Assembly: GCF_006345805.1 (NCBI RefSeq) | Contig: NC_043004.1 | Span: 23,064,001 to 23,128,000 of the forward strand | Length of the DNA: 64,000 bases | Origin: Octopus sinensis | Lineage: Eukaryota | Direction: 5' to 3' | The notes under the pieces: model-generated | Seen by the model: only the letters and a program-made list of their open reading frames with translations | Told to the model about the DNA's origin: nothing | The model's database searches: none | Shown here: piece after piece, positions 52,667 through 64,000 of the stretch | Layout of the letters: each line of letters begins with the position of its first letter | How positions within the stretch are numbered: the first letter of the stretch is position 1 | Translations under genes and position numbers: made by a program

Positions 52667-55371
52667 TTATATATATATAGAAAGGGTGGGAGAGAGAATC
52701 AATAGATAACTAGATGGACCTGCGCATAGCAATGTTGTAGGCCAACTATTTACTTAACTTTGATATTCAGTATGTTTATCAAATAAAATCTATCAATCAG
52801 TTCAGTTTCCAATATTTCGAACTCAGTATATTAAAATTCGGTGGATTTACATTCACTCATTTTCCCCTTTTTTTTTACATTTCTTCATATTTATCTCGCT
52901 AGCTGTCAGACATTACGTCTATATTCCAATTTCGCCAAGCATCTATCTAGATAACTATATTGATAAATTTCATGAGTCGCCACGCAGCTAAATAATTATA
53001 TTCGCTCTATTAGTTTCATTTCATAAATGTCTAGAACCATATCTGATATCAGCTGGAAGACGATAACCGTTTCATTTCTATGATACTCTATAAATAGGGT
53101 GGAAATAGTGATATTTCAACTCCTATATTTCTCTACGTTGGATGCATCACACCATTCTCTGTGGGCCTATGAAAGACCATGAACATAACAACTTCCGTCT
53201 ACGAAACCAATAATGAACGAGGACTACATTTCGTTTTATAAATTAAGCACATAAAATTATATAATCAATACATTGTGATGATTGCTCAATTTTTAACGAG
53301 GTCCTTTTGTTCAATCTTCCGCTGAATCTTTATCAGCTTAAACTAGTTTTTATGGAATGTATTTTCTGTTACCAAAAAAAGTGGTATTTGGCGTCGGATA
53401 ATTGCCGATATTATATTCCCTCTTATATGTTGACCATCGGTAGATATTTCTTCAGAGCGAAAGAAATATATTTACATATTTCGAATTGATTCTCTCATTC
53501 TTTTCTTTATCTTCTGTAATCATTCGCTCCTTCATCAATGCCAACTTTCATTCAGCCGCTCATTTCTCCACTAATATATCAATATACCACATCGATTTAT
53601 TGGCCTTCTGATTTCCAATTCCATTGTGAATATTTTATGAACCATATCGTCGGTCAACGATCTATTTATCACTTTGAATGAGGACATATCGTATTATCGT
53701 TGATGCTATCGTAATTGCAACCGCCTGATGATTCATATACTTCTTACTGTTTAGAGTGAAGATGTTTAAACAAATATATGCACTCTATTTTCTATCTGTC
53801 ATCATCGATCGTTCAAAGTTTTTACATCAACAATAAACGTATATTCCATCGATCAACAACAAACGTATATTTTTCCTAACATTTTGACGTTAGATAGAAA
53901 TTAGATTCATAATTCCAATTACTTTCATTTATTCATGATACACTCTTCCTTCTTGTTCCTCTGAGCCAGAAATTACAGTCAATTTTGTGTGCACCCACTA
54001 TTGCTGATATTTTGTTTGGAATGAAATTTGCATGAGGGAGAAAAAATCATCTACAAAACTACTTACAATTTCATTCCTATTTTCTACCTATTTGTGAACA
54101 TTATTACTTTCTTGCGAATGAGAATCTAAAAACACCATAAACAAATAGATTCTAAATTGGGGTCAGGTTGTTGCTGATGGGATTTTTGGACTCTATAATA
54201 TGCAACAGAGAATCTTTACTTATAGTTATGTGCCTCTAAGATGTGACATTAATATGCAAATGTGTTCCCGAAATTACAATTGCTGAAAAATTTCTACAGG
54301 GTTTAGAAAGAAAGAATACATGTTCTCTTATGATAGAAACGATTAAGTTTACAAGACAAACTACTACCGATATTCTACATGGCTATTATATGATAACAGG
54401 TTAGCTGTTTGATCCTAAAACAAAACTCCCCTTAATAGTGATCGTAATAATCCTTTAATCAGAAGAACACGGAAAAAGAACAATGCAACAAATGAACCTC
54501 TGTATTGTCACTCTATTAGGAATTGCAGTCTAATCTCCCTCAATTTATACCATGCTAACTTAAAATGGAACTACATAGGGATAAGGCAAGTGTAAGTAAC
54601 ATATGTCAGAATTTAGGATGGGGCCGTCACGAAGATCTCTTTTTATTTCCAACGCTTCTGATCAAAACTGATCCAGGTCTAAACAACAAATGAAGAGGGA
54701 CAAGATACAGTAATTTATTGATGCTGAATCTAGATTCATTATAAGACTTGGTCCAAGCATCTAGACGTAATGATGTGTTTACTCATTATACAGCAGTCCT
54801 ACTAATTACAGCTAGGGACGATCATTAGCATTGTTGGTAGCGCTGGAGGGAAATATTGTACATTGGTTTTGATTGTTAAGGAGATACTTGCAACTGTCTT
54901 TGTTGCTGTTGTTGTTTCACTGATAGGTTTGCAATAAAGCTCCTACTGTTGTAATGGTCATCTTGTCTTGACTTCAGACCATATTATCAAGTGTACCTTT
55001 TATTATCATATTTTTATTTTTAGAGGATAGTTTGATTTCATTAGAGGGTGTATAGACATAGAGGTGCTATTTCTTTCAGGTCGGTTGACCTTGTAGACAT
55101 AATTATGATTATATATCATTCTATTCTTGGTCATTTGGGTAAAGTCAAAACCAGATCTAACAAAGTGTCAGACAGTAAATTCGATCCTCACCAATCTGAT
55201 TACACCAACTAAATATGTGGTGGGACTGAGATGTCTTAATTCATTAACAAACTAAATACAAAGTAGATGATCTTTCTGCTACGGTCTACCCATATGGATC
55301 CAGAACCAAATTCATTGATTCCATTATTTTTACATAATAAATACGCGCATGGTAACTGATAGCTAAGAGGT

Positions 55372-55589
55372 TTATTCGTTTCTGCTCTAGGCACAAGGCC
55401 CGAACTTTTTGGAGAGGGGGCCAGTCGATTAGACCGATCCCAGTACGCAACTAGTACTTAATTTATAAACCCAGAAAGGATGAAAGGCAAAGACGACCTC
55501 GGCGGAATTTGAACTCAGAACGTAAAGAAAGACAAAATACTGCTAAGCATTTCGCCTGGCGTCCTTAATGTTTCTGCCAGCTCGCCCCC
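55372..55589 (-). mobile_element. Family A SINE (full length)
   Basis: ctaggcacaaggcccgaac...gaaaggatgaaaggcaaagacgacctcggcggaatttgaactcagaacg...ctgccagctcgcccc. Confidence 0.9.
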
Positions 55590-56975
55590 ATAGCTGAGGG
55601 ATTTATTAGAAGAACACTTCACAAATGCGAAGGAATTCTGTGGTATGATTGCCAAATAATTGCAATCCAATGAATATGTGTTTGTGTGTGACAGAGACGG
55701 AGTGAGAGCAAGAGTGGAAAAAGAATGCATTTAGGAACGATAGATATAGATTTGGCCCACTGGTTAACACTTTCGATTCACAATCGTCATATCTTGGGTT
55801 CGATTTAACTACGAAGCTTTCCGTGCACTTTTCTATAGTTTCGGGTGGACCCAAGCGGACTGAGTAACAGTTAATTGACAGAAAGTGTGTAAACCTGTCG
55901 AATGGATCATAACTGTTACATCCTTGTTACACAATGTTTCGAGGTGATTTAACCCGAGGATTATGTTAAACGTATAAAGTAACTTACACGCTTACTCAGT
56001 GAGTAGATATTTCATTTGGTTGAAGAATGGGAAAACTCATCTTTGAAACCGATGAAGATCCATTTACTTATACTTTATTTTCGAGCAACAATAGCCTCTA
56101 GTAAAACTTTCAAATTCTGAAAAAAATTAATGCAATAGCAATAAAGATTTTTTTTTCCTCTGAAATTTAATTTAATTGAAAATGTTTTAATATCAGACAA
56201 TTCATTTTTCTATAATGATTATTCATTTCCTCTAACAAGTTTCTAATTATTCACAGAATTAAATAGCTCCAGTCTTATACTCTTAGGATCATTTTCGGGG
56301 AGGTTGTAAACGAAATGTCTATGAATATTTCGTTCCGTTCCAATACAAGGACCATTATTTTATTGCCGATTACAAATGTTGAGTTTCACATGAATAAACA
56401 AAAATAGGTGTTACAACATTATTGTTTTATTACTTGCTGTATTATATGAATTTAATATTAAATTGTGTTAAATTAATAAAATACCCTAGAGTTCTCATAT
56501 AGAAGTTGTGTTAATCACTGTTTTCTATATATTACAAATGAATTGATTGAGCTGCCTCAGAAATAAAATTAGTATGTCTGTAGTATAAATTATGACGATT
56601 TATTGTGAATAATGTTCGCTTGAAAAAGCTTAAAACACGAAAAAGTTGTTAATGCTGTTGCTTGTGTGAGGACAATGTTCACTAGTTATAACACTTACGA
56701 CACCAGTCGGTTTAACGGTTGATGGTCAGTATGGTAATAAATATCAAATGTACCTTTTTTGAGCATACATGTTTTTGCGACTAAAATATTATTTCACAAC
56801 TTCGTGATTTGAGTTCGATCCAACGAAACGGAATCATGAGATATTGACTACTAGTTAAATTGCTGCCCTTGTGGGTGAAATTGGGCGGTCGGAAACTGCG
56901 TGAAAGCAGGTTGTAAGGACAGTTTCTGTTCTTGAGTTTCATCTATCATAAGCTATAACGTGTGTGTGTGTGTGT

Positions 56976-57006
<31 letters not shown>

Positions 57007-57466
57007 TGTGTGTGTGTGTGCGTGCGTGTTTCACTATGTATGTGTGCAGGTCCACTATTTTTTTTTTTGCTTTAAATTCTAATACAATCGTAATTTACAC
57101 CATCTGAATGAATAACAAAGAAACTTTCATTAAAAACTATCAATTGTCTGAAAGTTATGAGGAAACAAGGTCAGTGAGAGGCACACTTGTTTAGGTGCGC
57201 TCAAATTACATCAGGTCCATCTAGGTTTGATAACCGATAATGCAATATTCAGGTAAGTTACACTAACAAGATGGTGCTACAAATAATTCACCAGTATTTC
57301 CCTATATGCATTATAATTACTTGTTGTACAGGAAACTACTTCACATGTTCATTTGTGTAATTTTTTTCAATATCTCGTGTCATAAAAATCTATCAATATT
57401 ATATATTCTTGTCAAAATAGGTAGAATATTATATTAATGCTGATCACTTTTATGTTATTATTACAG

Positions 57467-57544
57467 GGATCAATTGTGGCTTTGAAAAGAATCAACAAAA
57501 CTAATATTACAATAAACAGACAACTGAAAATGGACATTAAGAGG
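57467..57544 (+). CDS. Internal coding exon of the same receptor guanylyl cyclase (78 nt, phase 0/0), kinase-homology subdomain II-III
   Basis: Acceptor cacttttatgttattattacag and donor AGG|gtaagt. Translates GSIVALKRINKTNITINRQLKMDIKR, continuing YYK|G..VA.K as in NPR-type cyclases. Absent from the ORF track. Confidence 0.9.
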
Positions 57545-57600
57545 GTAAGTGCTTTCGACTATGAATAATTATATTGATATAGACACAAAGGCAGACTCAA

Positions 57601-57631
<31 letters not shown>

Positions 57632-57687
57632 CATACATACATACATACATACATACATGTGTATTATATATATATATATATATATAT

Positions 57688-58048
57688 CGTGGCACTCTGT
57701 CGGTTACGACGACGAGGGTTCCGGTCGAACCGATCAACGGAACAGACTACTCGTGAACTTAACGTGTAAGTGGCTGAGCACACCACAGACACGTGTACCC
57801 TTAACGTAGTTCTCGGGGAGATTCAGCGTGACACTGTTTGACAAGGTTCGAAATGCAGGTACGAGAGAAACAAAGAGTGAGAGAAAGTTGTGATGAAAGC
57901 GTACAGCAGGGATGAAAGTGTACTGCCGGAGCCTCTTGGAGCTTTAGGTGTATTCAATTAATAAACATTCACAACGCCCGTTCTAGGAATCGAAACCGCG
58001 ATGCCACGACCGTGAATCCGCTACCCTAACCACTGCACCATTTCGCCT

Positions 58049-58050
<2 letters not shown>
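57688..58050 (-). mobile_element. tRNA-derived SINE of a third family
   Basis: Minus-strand head ggaggcgaaatggtgcagtggttagggtagcggattcacggtcgtggcatcgcggtttcgattcc has A- and B-box-like motifs, followed by a non-tRNA body ending ...ccgacagagtgccacg next to (TA)n. Confidence 0.7.
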
Positions 58051-58103
<53 letters not shown>

Positions 58104-58104
58104 C

Positions 58105-58645
58105 ATTGATAAAAACGGTAAGACAACAAAAGAATGAGACCTTGATATTATGGAAATAGAGGTATTTTTCTGTAAATGTAATATGTGACAATTATTCGGT
58201 AGCCATGATAAAACTCCGAGTTTCGGATGCCGAGGTGGAAATCCACGCTGCCATCTCTTCAGTTATCCGGCCATCTGAAAAACGCTATGAAAAATGATCG
58301 TTATACAAAGGGAAATTACTGTGTGATTGACCGTTATTAAGACAGAAGAGCTATTCGAATGACCGCTAAGTAAGCGAGTAAAATAAGGAGGTATGAACAG
58401 GCGCGCTTACGCGAAAACTATGAACTTTTTACCCCCTTACTTAGCGGTCATTCGAATACCTCTTTTGTCTTAATAACGGTCAATCACACAGTAATTTCCC
58501 TTTGTATAACGGTCATTTTTCATAGCGTTTTTCCGATGGCCGGATAACTGAAGAAATAGCGGCGTGGATTTACACCTCGGCATCCGAAACTCGGTGTTTT
58601 ATCATGGCTACCGAATAATTGTCACATATTACATTTACAGATAAA
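58105..58645. mobile_element. (TA)n-flanked Penelope-like terminal element with about 200-bp inverted arms, each carrying a hammerhead motif
   Basis: Arms 58171-58371 and about 58438-58641 with a roughly 66-nt spacer; (TA)n on both sides. Confidence 0.7.
58207..58267 (-). ncRNA. Type I hammerhead ribozyme motif (best-formed in the window)
   Basis: Minus strand: gauaa-CUGAAGA-gaug...caucc-GAAA-cucggag-UU-uuauc, with 5-bp stem I, stem II containing an inner gugg/ccac hairpin, near-palindromic stem III (ACUC-G-GAGU) and a GUU triplet. Confidence 0.75.
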
Positions 58646-58647
58646 TT

Positions 58648-58740
<93 letters not shown>

Positions 58741-58881
58741 GTTTACTCTTCCGTTAGGGTAAGATCAACAAAAACGTATTCCATCCACTGAGAAATAGAT
58801 TTCAATATTCCCGACCATTAAACTAATACACTTGCTTCATGTTCCTTCACCTCTGTACGGATTTTGCTTTCTGTAAATTCG

Positions 58882-58954
<73 letters not shown>

Positions 58955-59687
58955 TTATTATTATTATTTATATAATGTTTTGTTCTTCGGTGCTAATGCT
59001 CAACGTCATGTGCAGCTGTCATTGATTATTCAAATTCATAAATTACAAAAATCGAAATCCTGAAAGTAAAATTTTAAGTGAATTGTTTTTCTTCTTGAAT
59101 ATTTTATTTATCCTTTCATCGAAGGTATTTTGAAACCATATGTCTGCGATCATATGGTTTCAAAATATATTATATAAGATTATGATATACGCAATTACAC
59201 TATCGTGCCAATAGTTTCTGTCACTATTTTCAAACGTCTGTTGTCTTGTTATTGATGTTTGAATCTATAGCCCGTAATAAGCAGTATTATATTGTATTAG
59301 TAACGGGCAATTGGATTCTCCTTGTTATGGCATATTAAGACTAAATTTATTGATTAAGTGTTTTCTTTTTTGCTGGGGAATCATTTTGTTCGTTTTTGTT
59401 ACGATTTAACTAAATTACTCTAATATTCCAAAAACTGCAATCGACACTACGTTATGTATGACATCTTTTAATTAAAAGGAAGTATACCTTTTTTTAATAA
59501 TTTCATCACTGTTGATATATTTGATATCAAAGAGATATTTCTGATTTGGAACTGGTTTATAAATGAAGTACCGATGAAGTACATATTTATTCTTAGAACA
59601 GTTCGGCAGATTCAAAAACAGAACAACTTTTTCTCTTTTACAACTTCAGTATGTCCATAACACATTCAGCTTATTGGCACACTGGAT

Positions 59688-59732
59688 TCTGGGACACCGA
59701 TGTTTCGAATATGTTGTGCCTCGTCAGTCAGA
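59688..59732 (-). ncRNA. Degenerate type I hammerhead motif
   Basis: Minus strand: ucuga-CUGACGA-ggcacaacauauuc-GAAA-ca-ucgg-ug-UC-ccaga. Core, stem III and GUC triplet are intact; stem II is poorly paired. Confidence 0.45.
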
Positions 59733-61295
59733 GTAACACGGAACATTATGAACTGGTTTTCTTTTTTAATTTCAGCGAACAAAATTTTTTTGTTGATCAG
59801 TATATATATATATCTGCCAACCGATAAGAGATTGTTACTTGCACGAAGTACAGTGAGATCTGAAACGACGTTTTTCATGCTCACTCTTGCGTACGTCAAA
59901 GAGAGAAGCTACCAACATATTTTGCGTTTGTATTTACCGGAAAGTACTAACAATAAATATGAATATCATCGTTTCAGAGGTCGCTGTGCACAGTACACAG
60001 TACAAGTTTATATATTTATAAATAAAACTGTAGACAGAAAACCTAATATTCCTCTACTCCAGCTGTGAGAAAGAACTTCAAGTTTTATATCAGATAATGT
60101 CATTGTTCCAGATATTCCAAATGAATCTTTGTAATAAGACGTTGGTTTATGAATTTACTAATATTTTTAGAAACAACTTCTAATATGATTTAAATGTATT
60201 ATATCTTACTCATAACAGAAAATACCTATTGAAGATATATTTGTGAATTCATTAACGAATACAGTAGCGATCAAACAAGTATTTCAATGGAATGTGAAGA
60301 AATCTGTTGCATGACAAAATACTGAATAATTTGATTTGTATAGCACAAATTGAAGGAACAGATCTTTTTGAATAATTCAGTCTGTACAAGATAAACTAGA
60401 CGTTTTGTTTAGTGGTGCAATGAATGTTTTAGAAGTTTTATGTAAAAAAAAAAAAGTCTTCATGATTTACTGACCTCCGATTAGCAAAAATGTTTCGTTT
60501 TGATCAATGATCTTAGATGTGTGTGTGTGAGTATATATGTACGTATATAATGTATGTATGCAGTGCTAAGCAATGATGTGTATAAATGAAAAACGTGTTA
60601 ACAGTTCAAATATGTATATTGTGTGCGTGCGTGCGTGTGTGTGTGTGCAAATTTATTATTGTAATAGCCTCTCTTAATGGCCTGAAAAGTAACAGATAAA
60701 GATTGTGGTGATGATATTATATATCTAAAATGAAATCTGTAAGGTGAGAATTGAAAGTTGAAGGTATCCGCTAAGGAAGTCAGCACATGTCACTGGTTTC
60801 TTTTGAAGGGGGATGGTAATAGACACAAGAGAAGTGGAAATGTTAAATGTTACCCGTTTATGACATTCTTATCTTTAGATGTTCTTTTTTATTTCCGAAA
60901 TTCTAGATAACTCAATGGTTAAAGATTGAATGAATATGAAGTTTCTTCGCTCTTTGTTTTTATGTCCCTTTAATTCTTGTTTTTTTCTTTTTGTGCACTA
61001 TTTTGTATTTCCTTGTTCCGCTTTTTTTACCTCTTTTTTTACCTCTGTATTTCCTAGTTCCTACGCTTAGAAGAAGTATTTCGGTATAGGGATTAAATGT
61101 GGAGAAACGAAAGATGATATAACAGTGCCATAACTCTGGTCGCTCGACGATGTGCCTGTATACAGTTATTGTTGAAACATATTAATGCAATGTTGCATAC
61201 ACGAAACGTCCATCAATTAGCAACTGACAATGATGCATTAAAACGACTGTAGTGATTTGTAACAAAGCGCGTTCAATCGATCTTCTCATATTAAA

Positions 61296-61341
61296 CAAAC
61301 ACACACACAGACACACACAGACACACACACACACACACACA

Positions 61342-61412
<71 letters not shown>

Positions 61413-61584
61413 ATATTTAAATATATATATATATAGTTTGGTAAGTATGCGTATGACCGTACACATTGTTAGTGCACACATGCTCCGTCTACTTTGGTGC
61501 CTTTGATATTGAAATACTTTGCTTCTGTAGGATCCTAAATTTTTTATGATAGACAGATAGATATATACATATATAAATATATAC

Positions 61585-61633
<49 letters not shown>

Positions 61634-61765
61634 CATACATGCATGCATACATACATACATACATACATACATACATACATACATACATACATACATACAT
61701 ACATACATACATACATACATACATACGTACGTACATACGTACATACGTACGTATGTATGTATATA
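61296..61765. repeat. Compound (CA)n, (TA)n and (CATA)n microsatellites
   Basis: Seen directly. Confidence 0.9.
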
Positions 61766-61789
61766 GGAAATACATGACAATGTCTGACA

Positions 61790-62230
61790 GAAGAATTTTT
61801 CGACAAGGAAAATAATGACGACAAATCAATGGTACGCAATAAAAGCAATTTCAATCCTACAAAAGGCAGGGACAAAACTTTGGACAAATTTTGTGACTAC
61901 GTATCAAACTTCCCTTACAGTGGACTACCACAATCTAAAACTAAATCCAATACCAGTAAAAGGGAATGGAGAATCATCCACGAGTTACAAAACAATCATG
62001 ACATCACAATCAAGATAAGGGTAGTACTGTTGTAATTATGGACACAGAACAATACAAAACTCTGTATCTCACCTCTTACAAGATACTACTTTCTATGGAA
62101 GACGATGTTCAGATAAAATACACTCATTTGCCAACATCAAAAGAACCTAACAACAAAGTAATGCGACTGCTTAATAAATTTTGATTGCAAAATCAACAAC
62201 CTCTATGGCCTTCCAAAAATCCACTAGAGC
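61790..62230 (+). mobile_element. Penelope-like element RT N-terminal fragment, decayed
   Basis: Across frameshifts it reads VRNKSNFNP...REWRIIHELQNNHDITIK..DKGSTVVIMDT...LQDTTFY...LYGLPKIH, the typical PLE IK.ADKG..VVIM and YGLPKIH motifs. Confidence 0.75.
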
Positions 62231-64000
62231 AAAATATTTACCGAAGCTTGCAAAAAGTTCGCCTCAACCTGCATCACCGTAACGTTTTTATTCCACTAAT
62301 AAAGGAGTATTTTATACGAATACTAGAGTCATTCGATATTTTTATTGAAAACAATAAAAATATCGATATATTGATATTTTTATTGAAAACAATCCGTTAT
62401 TAGATTTAATATTCCAATGTTGTAGACCACTAGTACACTAATATTTATATTTATGCATGCGTGCGAGTGTATGCTTGTGTGTCCATTTACATTAGTTTTT
62501 CAGACCAATGACAAAGCAACATATAAATGATATGGAATAAGCACAGGTTTGTTTAAATATACGTGTAACAGTCTGATAAACAGGATGCGTTGTCATTTAT
62601 CATGAGTATCAGTTGTTAATAGAAAAGAGAGAGGTGAGAGAAAAAGAACGGTTGAGAGACAAAAAGTTGACGATAAATTGACGTACTAAAGAATAGTCAT
62701 TTGACTGCAGCCACTGGAGCACTGACTTTAAAATAAATATATGTTCAATTTTATTGCGTATATGCAGGGTATATGAAATCAAGGTCGTATGATTTTTCTT
62801 TCGCTTCTCTGGAACAATTGCATGTTTTAATGAAGAATATTTCGTCTCTCAACTTACATTTCTTCATATCTAATTTAATGGTAACGTTTTGTTGGTCTAT
62901 TTTTCGAAGTATGAAGTTTAAAATTGTGTTTGAATTTTCGTTTCTAATAATCTAATTTACATCTCTAACAATATTAGGTGAAAATGCAACGACAGCATTA
63001 AATTCGTTATGTCATACTAAATTTTCATCATAAGTTAAGAAATCTGTCTTTTGATTTCCATCTTGTTTCGTAGAAAATTTGTTTAAAATTTGCATGAGCA
63101 AGCAACGTTTGCCACTGTCTCTTTCAGGATAACTTGATGTGTCTATACTTATAATTAAATGAACTAAAGAGATTTTAAATTTTATTCTAGACAAGAAAGT
63201 TTTTGATTGCCTTATTATCTTGCCTGTACTTTCATATATTTAGACTGATCCACTTGATATTAAATTTAAGAACTGCTGTCTCTCCACTTCTTTACGACTA
63301 TTATTTGTGTGTCTGTGTGTGATTTATTTCTGATATATTTATATAAAGACATATTAACATATGAATCTACAACAATTGATGTGCCTCGTTCTGGATTTTC
63401 TTCTCGTAGTTAACGGAATTTAACAATGCTTATTGCTTATAATATCCTGGACCTGAAACGAACCGTGATGTCATCATTTTTTTCCACACTTACAGTACAT
63501 TAAAGATCTTTATGGATATTTTGCCTATCAATAAAGCTACACAACTGTAGAGATAAAGCATTAGATTAGATTGATCTCAGTACGAGACTAATATTTATAG
63601 ATTTATTTTATTTTATTGTCTTTATTTTATTGTCTCGGTGGGATTTGAACTTTGAACATAAAGTTTCGAAGCTAATTACTGCGAGAATGTAACGAAATAT
63701 TACGTAATTTAGCCGAGACTATTTATCCCAGCAGTTATGAAAAACATTGATATATTCTAAATATGAAATGAAATACGGCATAGTAATGTTTAAAATGTAG
63801 CAAAGATATCAAGAGAAGCAGTGACGATGTTAGTTAGTATGACTGACACTGATGCATCAAATCCTTCTCGCTACAGAATACGAAATTATCCAAATTCGTG
63901 AACTTCAGTACCATTAAGCTAATATAACTGACATGACGTGCTCAAAAATCGGGTCAGAAATGAATTGCGTTGTAGAAAGGTAACATTATCTGAATCAACT

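Noticed and set aside
57970-58050. tRNA-like sequence with A and B boxes on the minus strand
   Set aside because: It runs into a SINE body and lacks a clean acceptor stem, so it is a SINE head rather than a tRNA gene.
63470-63540. Possible next exon (acag|TAC ATT AAA GAT CTT..., YIKDL)
   Set aside because: An in-frame stop follows within 13 codons with no donor site and no H.N+..F.G motif.

Overview
This is AT-rich, microsatellite-dense eukaryotic genomic DNA. Its SINE families resemble those described from octopus, so it is most likely coleoid cephalopod (inferred, not database-checked). The window lies almost entirely in introns of one plus-strand gene, a receptor-type (natriuretic-peptide-receptor-like) guanylyl cyclase. 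Three short coding exons are visible: 11490-11613, 28438-28521 and 57467-57544. They splice in frame to RISLEAELDEKNWRVRWEDIM...QVFTRTGYYK/GSIVALKRI..., the juxtamembrane region and start of the kinase-homology domain, across introns of about 16.8 and 28.9 kb. The introns hold dead non-LTR retroelements (four L1/Tx1-like pieces, one R4/Dong-like RLE element, one RTE, and Penelope-like fragments) and at least three tRNA-derived SINE families. Four things stand out. (1) About ten type-I minimal hammerhead ribozyme motifs sit in non-coding, mostly (TA)n-flanked Penelope-like elements; the best-preserved cores are mostly antisense to the host gene and two occur as head-to-head pairs. (2) Fold-back and templated inverted duplications recur beside microsatellites, including a ~1.25 kb palindrome. 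(3) A SINE shares its 3' tail with the 3' ends of L1/Tx1 LINEs in the same window. (4) A tandem duplication of an exon-containing segment has lost its duplicated exon. Most ORFs in the supplied track are microsatellite artefacts. No CRISPR array, rRNA or bona fide tRNA gene was seen.
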